Part shown: one piece after another, positions 59,946 to 64,000 of the stretch | How the letters are laid out: every line of letters begins with the position of its first letter | Position numbering within the stretch: the first letter of the stretch is position 1 | IMG/VR virus record: IMGVR_UViG_3300021960_007579 | Span: 773-64,772 of that record | Source: a virus | Lineage: Duplodnaviria; Caudoviricetes | Strand: one strand, 5' to 3' | DNA: 64,000 nucleotides | Notes under the pieces: model-generated | The model's database searches: none | Told to the model about the DNA's origin: nothing | The model's input: the letters and a program-made list of their open reading frames with translations, nothing else | Position numbers and translations under genes: made by a program

Positions 59946-60525
59946 TGGTATATACATAGTAAAGATAGAAGGATTTGATTACCATAAGATAGGTAGATCA
60001 AATAATATAAAGAGTAGATTAATGAAATATACTGAAATCCCTTTTAATTTAGATTATGTACTAAAATACCCATTAGAGAAATCACTAACAAGTTTAGTAG
60101 AAAAACATCTCCATACAGTATTCAAAAAAAGTAGAGTAAAAGGAGAATGGTTTACCCTATATGAGGATGACATAAAAAGAGTTCCTAAGATCATAGATGA
60201 ATTCTTAAAAAGTAATCATCATGAATTCAGAAAAAGAGTATGGAAGTATAGGGATAATGTTCGTCACCCTCCTATAGAAAATCCATACAAAGTATTCCTT
60301 GACTATAAGGAAAAATTTAAAGAAGTAAAGAAGAGAACAAAGAAGAATCACATGACTCGTACAACGTACGCACATGAGAATAATATCTCTGATGGTCAGT
60401 TGGCAAGGATTCTCTTTTGTGGTAATAACAATGAAGAACTCTTTAAAACTTTCTCCGATAAGGGTATGTCCATTAATGAGACTTACCTCATTATAAGAGA
60501 CGTATCGCGGGGGAAGACTGACTAA
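59938..60525 (+). CDS. GIY-YIG (T5orf172/MUG113-like) nuclease
   Basis: GIYIV...KIGRS...R, EKHLH..F...RVKGEWF. Confidence 0.8.
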   Translation: MNSGIYIVKIEGFDYHKIGRSNNIKSRLMKYTEIPFNLDYVLKYPLEKSLTSLVEKHLHTVFKKSRVKGEWFTLYEDDIKRVPKIIDEFLKSNHHEFRKRVWKYRDNVRHPPIENPYKVFLDYKEKFKEVKKRTKKNHMTRTTYAHENNISDGQLARILFCGNNNEELFKTFSDKGMSINETYLIIRDVSRGKTD

Positions 60526-61273
60526 TATAGTTAATGATATAGTTCCCAATGATAGAATGACCATAGATAGATAAGTGAGAATCCCTATGATTAAAAGAAG
60601 TATAATCACTTATAGTAAGTTTCTCTCTATCTATGTAATCCCTAAGATGTAAATTATCAAATAGAATAAACCTATCCATATAGGAAACATCTCCAATATC
60701 CTCATAAGAGAAAAGGTATAGGTTAGGATTAAAAGAATGTAATAGGTTAGAGAGTCTATGTATGTTCTGTTTCTCATAGGTATAATCATATACATACATA
60801 AGGTAATCCCTATAGAAGGAAGAAAGGTTCTCATAGATAGGATCATATAGAATATCTTCCTTATCCTGATTGAAGATATGAATCAGATCCATAGTACCCT
60901 GAACCCTTAAAGTTTCCTTAGTAGACTCATAGAAGAAATTCCTTCTTGAAAGAATGGTCCATTGTAGAATGTGAATGTCATTAGGGTATTTTACCATAGA
61001 GTCATAACATACCTGAAAGATGTAGTCATTGTTGTTGGCCGTAATGGAATGGTTAATAATCTCTACACCTAAAACCCTCCCTATATGAGAAGGAAAATTG
61101 AAATGATCTCCGTACTCTGTATAGGGTTCTTTACCGTATAGAAAAAACTCTTTCCCCCTTTCTGACCAGTCCTTAGGATACCATACTTTTTCATAGTGAC
61201 TATGGTATTCCTTAGAGTGAAGTCCCCCTCCTTTGGTGAATGAACAACCGTAAAAATGTATCCTCATATTCAT
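60491..61273 (-). CDS. SGNH hydrolase-like protein
   Basis: GCSFTKG, QWT...R, DSHLS..GH. Confidence 0.6.
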   Translation of the reverse strand: MNMRIHFYGCSFTKGGGLHSKEYHSHYEKVWYPKDWSERGKEFFLYGKEPYTEYGDHFNFPSHIGRVLGVEIINHSITANNNDYIFQVCYDSMVKYPNDIHILQWTILSRRNFFYESTKETLRVQGTMDLIHIFNQDKEDILYDPIYENLSSFYRDYLMYVYDYTYEKQNIHRLSNLLHSFNPNLYLFSYEDIGDVSYMDRFILFDNLHLRDYIDREKLTISDYTSFNHRDSHLSIYGHSIIGNYIINYISQSSPAIRLL

Positions 61274-61279
61274 AAGTAT

Positions 61280-61833
61280 CTGTCCCCGCAGGATGGGTCC
61301 TTAGGACCCCATTAGAACCCCTCTGATGTCATACAAACGATAAGTGTAATACATCCCCATAATGTCATACAAAAGGGTCTTAGAATGTCTGTATTACAGT
61401 GGTTATTTGTCGGAAAAAACTTTTCTGTGATAACTACCCCGCAATCGGTACTTTTTTACGATTCCATATATACCAGCCGTAATACACCCACATTTTACCA
61501 CTTTCTGCCACCTCGTAGGGTATTGTGTCCTGTGTGAAATAAAGACATAAATTTATAAAAATTTTAAAATTATACTCTTTTTAGGTTCTGAAACCGTATA
61601 ATAGTATCCCTGTTATATGTCATACAAGGGGGATCACGGTATAATGATTATAGTATTATACGGGGGTAGATTGTCATACACTGTATAATGGTTTTAATGT
61701 AATACACCCCACTAATTCCCACCCCGTAAAAAAGTATACAGATTATTTTATTATACCCGTGAAGGTATAAAATGATATAACGATAATGACATTATACCCG
61801 TTCGGGTGTCATACGTAGTTTGCGGATAAAAAC
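61280..61833. repeat. Non-coding iteron-like repeat cluster
   Basis: TGTCATAC at 61327, 61363, 61618, 61672 and 61807; GTAATACA(C/T)CC at 61346, 61479 and 61699; several hairpins. Confidence 0.7.
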
Positions 61834-61834
61834 T

Positions 61835-62563
61835 TCAGGATCTGTACGGCCACGGTTCGATCAGAACATTTACGCCGTACTCGGTTAGTAGGGATGTAAG
61901 GAAGGTGTTATACTTCTGAACTTCATCCTCTGATTTAAGAAGGGTATCACTTGTGAACATTCCTCTTACACTATAAGTAAAAGGTTTCTGTGAAAGGTCT
62001 TTAGTAGGATCCACCCATATTGACTTTCTGACGTTCTCAATTTTCAATCTCCTAATGTGACCTTCGATTGTACTAACAGAACGTTTAACATTGTCATACC
62101 ACTTAAGGATATCTGTAGAGACCTGTACGGGGGAACGGAAGTTGTAGTTAACTGCGGATAAAAACTCACTCCTGTGTAGATCCCCTTCTTCAGAGTTGTC
62201 TACTCTGAATATACCTTGGGGACTAACTCCACTAACCTTACTAGTAAGGTCTATGTAATCTTCTGTATTTGGGATCTTATACTTAACACTTAATGGTTCT
62301 ACAATGGGTTTTAAAAACATGAAGGTAGGTTTATCCCCCGCTTCGACTGCGGATAAAAACTCGACAGGTAGCTTGCTGTACAGATCCTTCAGGGTGTCGG
62401 TTACATTATCGAGACTTAAGAGCTCGATCGATACGTTTACGTCGTAAGCAATCTCATCCTGTATAGGATTGATACCTTTCCTATCCATCTTAACGATCAT
62501 ACGTGCATCTTTATTTTGAACGTCTGTCTCTATATAACCTTCTATCTGTTCTAAAAGTCTCAT
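61835..62563 (-). CDS. Hypothetical protein
   Basis: Start re-called at MRLLEQIE, after a minus-strand ATATTTAT motif. Confidence 0.7.
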   Translation of the reverse strand: MRLLEQIEGYIETDVQNKDARMIVKMDRKGINPIQDEIAYDVNVSIELLSLDNVTDTLKDLYSKLPVEFLSAVEAGDKPTFMFLKPIVEPLSVKYKIPNTEDYIDLTSKVSGVSPQGIFRVDNSEEGDLHRSEFLSAVNYNFRSPVQVSTDILKWYDNVKRSVSTIEGHIRRLKIENVRKSIWVDPTKDLSQKPFTYSVRGMFTSDTLLKSEDEVQKYNTFLTSLLTEYGVNVLIEPWPYRS

Positions 62564-62646
62564 TGCATTTGTTTTATTAATAAATATTCCCCCCGAGTTG
62601 TTTGCGGATAAAAATCTACAGTGGATCTCCTCCCCGTGTTCAGGGA

Positions 62647-62680
62647 TAAAAAAAAGGGACCACATTGTGTGATCCCCTTC
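62647..62680 (-). terminator. Rho-independent terminator
   Basis: Minus strand GGGATCAC..GTGGTCCC-TTTTTTTT. Confidence 0.65.
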
Positions 62681-62703
62681 TTTCATTAACTCTTCAGTAC
62701 AAC

Positions 62704-62886
62704 TTAAGCCGTTGCTTTCTGCTGTCTGAGTAACTCATTACGGAACTTCAGTGCTTTCGCTTTGTTAGTGAAGTACTGATCATACTGAGTACCGTTAATC
62801 GATACTCTAACTCTGTAACGGTTACCGTTGGAGTTAGTTACCTGGTAAATGTTGTTACCTAGGTTGGTGTAACTGTAGTTTGACAT
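62704..62886 (-). CDS. Small AP2/arm-type DNA-binding-like protein
   Basis: YRVRVSINGTQYDQYF...ALKFRNEL; own promoter and terminator. Confidence 0.55.
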   Translation of the reverse strand: MSNYSYTNLGNNIYQVTNSNGNRYRVRVSINGTQYDQYFTNKAKALKFRNELLRQQKATA

Positions 62887-63169
62887 ACCTTTTAAATTTA
62901 ATTTATACTTTATTACATTAAAAAATATAAAGAAAACTTTTTAATAAGTCAAGCTCCCATAACCAAAAAGAAGGGAAATATTTCAAAGAACTATTTGCGG
63001 ATAAAAACCCACAGTGGATCTCCTCCTCAGATCAGAGTTTCGATTAAGATCATAATTATCACGGTTACAAACATAACTGAGTATGCAACCCCCATAATAT
63101 AATAGGAATCTTCCACCTGTTTAAGGGACCGTCCTTGACGGTAATCCTTGTCTTCTTGTGTCATCTGTC

Positions 63170-63568
63170 TCATACTAATTGTAGTTTTAAGAATTCCTCA
63201 AGTTCTGATCTCTTCACGTATAATGATTTCCCCCGTATACATATGTATCCTTGGAAACCATCCAAATTACTCTCGTCGTAATCAAATGCGGTCCAATGTG
63301 GACTGAGTCTCGGGTTGTATCCAATCCTCACAGGATCTGCAGGGAAACTCGGAAATTCTACACCATCCTTAAATGATATCCATGAACACACTGTCTTATT
63401 CTCTCCATTGAATATACGTGTTGCGGTTCTAACACTGTTGTTTAGTTTTCCCACCGCAATGGTATACTCAAACGTTTCAGGATCATAGTACTCCACACTG
63501 TCTACCTTACGAAGTTGCCACTTCATGAAGTTAGGTCCTTGTCCCAAATGATATCTTAACCTGTTCAT
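63170..63568 (-). CDS. Hypothetical protein
   Basis: RYHLGQGPNFMKWQ; coupled ORF. Confidence 0.7.
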   Translation of the reverse strand: MNRLRYHLGQGPNFMKWQLRKVDSVEYYDPETFEYTIAVGKLNNSVRTATRIFNGENKTVCSWISFKDGVEFPSFPADPVRIGYNPRLSPHWTAFDYDESNLDGFQGYICIRGKSLYVKRSELEEFLKLQLV

Positions 63569-63747
63569 ACCTCTAACTCTTTTTGTCTCGTGGTGAAATA
63601 TTCCAACTTCCCCATGATCTGAGGTATGCGGTGGGTCTCACCGTTAGTTGCAGCTGATACCAATTGTTCAGCCCAATACTTGATCTTTGGAAGGTACCCC
63701 TCAGGATACCTATCCATCCATCTCCATTCTTTTCCTGAATTGATCAT
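63565..63747 (-). CDS. Hypothetical protein
   Basis: ATGA-coupled 60-aa ORF. Confidence 0.6.
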   Translation of the reverse strand: MINSGKEWRWMDRYPEGYLPKIKYWAEQLVSAATNGETHRIPQIMGKLEYFTTRQKELEV

Positions 63748-64000
63748 GACTCGTAGTTTATGGTTCCGTACTCGTCTACTTCTTCCTCCTCATATGAGTC
63801 GTCAATAAAGATGATCTTGAATCCGTGGATTAATCCATCCATCTGACATACCTGTAGTTCGTATGATCCATCACCAATACCCGAGGAGGAAACTACACCT
63901 GTGTCATATGTTCCCCACTGTTCTTTACGGAGTGTGCGATCACACATCTTAATGTACCACTCTGATCCTTCTTCCTCCATGGGCATGAATGGGTGATCAC
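63744..64000 (-). CDS. Hypothetical protein, likely 5'-truncated
   Basis: GVVSSSGIGDGSY motif; frame runs to the window edge. Confidence 0.6.
   Translation of the reverse strand, partial: DHPFMPMEEEGSEWYIKMCDRTLRKEQWGTYDTGVVSSSGIGDGSYELQVCQMDGLIHGFKIIFIDDSYEEEEVDEYGTINYES

Larger units (their letters stand above)
61821..63026. repeat. Five TGCGGATAAAAA copies, including a 33-bp direct-repeat pair
   Basis: Copies at 61821, 62153, 62348, 62603 and 62996; 62601-62633 vs 62994-63026 match 31/33. Confidence 0.8.

Noticed and set aside
61280-63030. CRISPR array
   Set aside because: Repeats are 8-33 bp with irregular spacing; no cas genes
1396-63808. Short overlapping or antisense ORFs in the track (e.g. 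1396, 3865, 4780, 20324, 39622, 41149, 60205)
   Set aside because: Shadows of longer, motif-bearing genes
1-64000. Stop-codon reassignment
   Set aside because: Known genes (thyA, nagB, mgsA) are full length in the standard code, and TAG, TGA and TAA all terminate genes

Overview
This 64-kb window looks like part of a large AT-rich lytic bacteriophage (jumbo/megaphage-like, standard genetic code). The probable host is Bacteroidota: TTG-N18-20-TAnnTTTG promoters recur, and there are Hc1-, DUF2452- and T9SS-cargo-like genes. From left to right it holds: (1) the end of a tail-fibre gene and three paralogous repeat/propeller-like proteins, followed by a radical SAM/SPASM, U32 and methyltransferase cassette; (2) an outer-membrane barrel plus DUF401 transporter pair; (3) a minus-strand glycosylation operon; (4) auxiliary metabolic genes (thyA, chorismate mutase, iscA, nagB, rmlC, mgsA); (5) scattered genes behind a TATTTAT motif that share an N-terminal leader; (6) an ATP-grasp-like/Hint/Cys-rich-peptide fusion; (7) an ~820-nt highly structured non-coding RNA (GOLLD-like); (8) a GpC-depleted, repeat-rich segment at 55.8-63 kb where gene polarity flips, a candidate origin, terminus or genome end. 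The strongest candidates for new biology are the self-cleaving ATP-grasp-Hint-Cys peptide gene, the large ncRNA, and a possible prephenate-fed U32 hydroxylation system. All calls come from reading motifs by eye; no database search was run. No tRNA, rRNA, CRISPR array, integrase or reverse transcriptase was seen.
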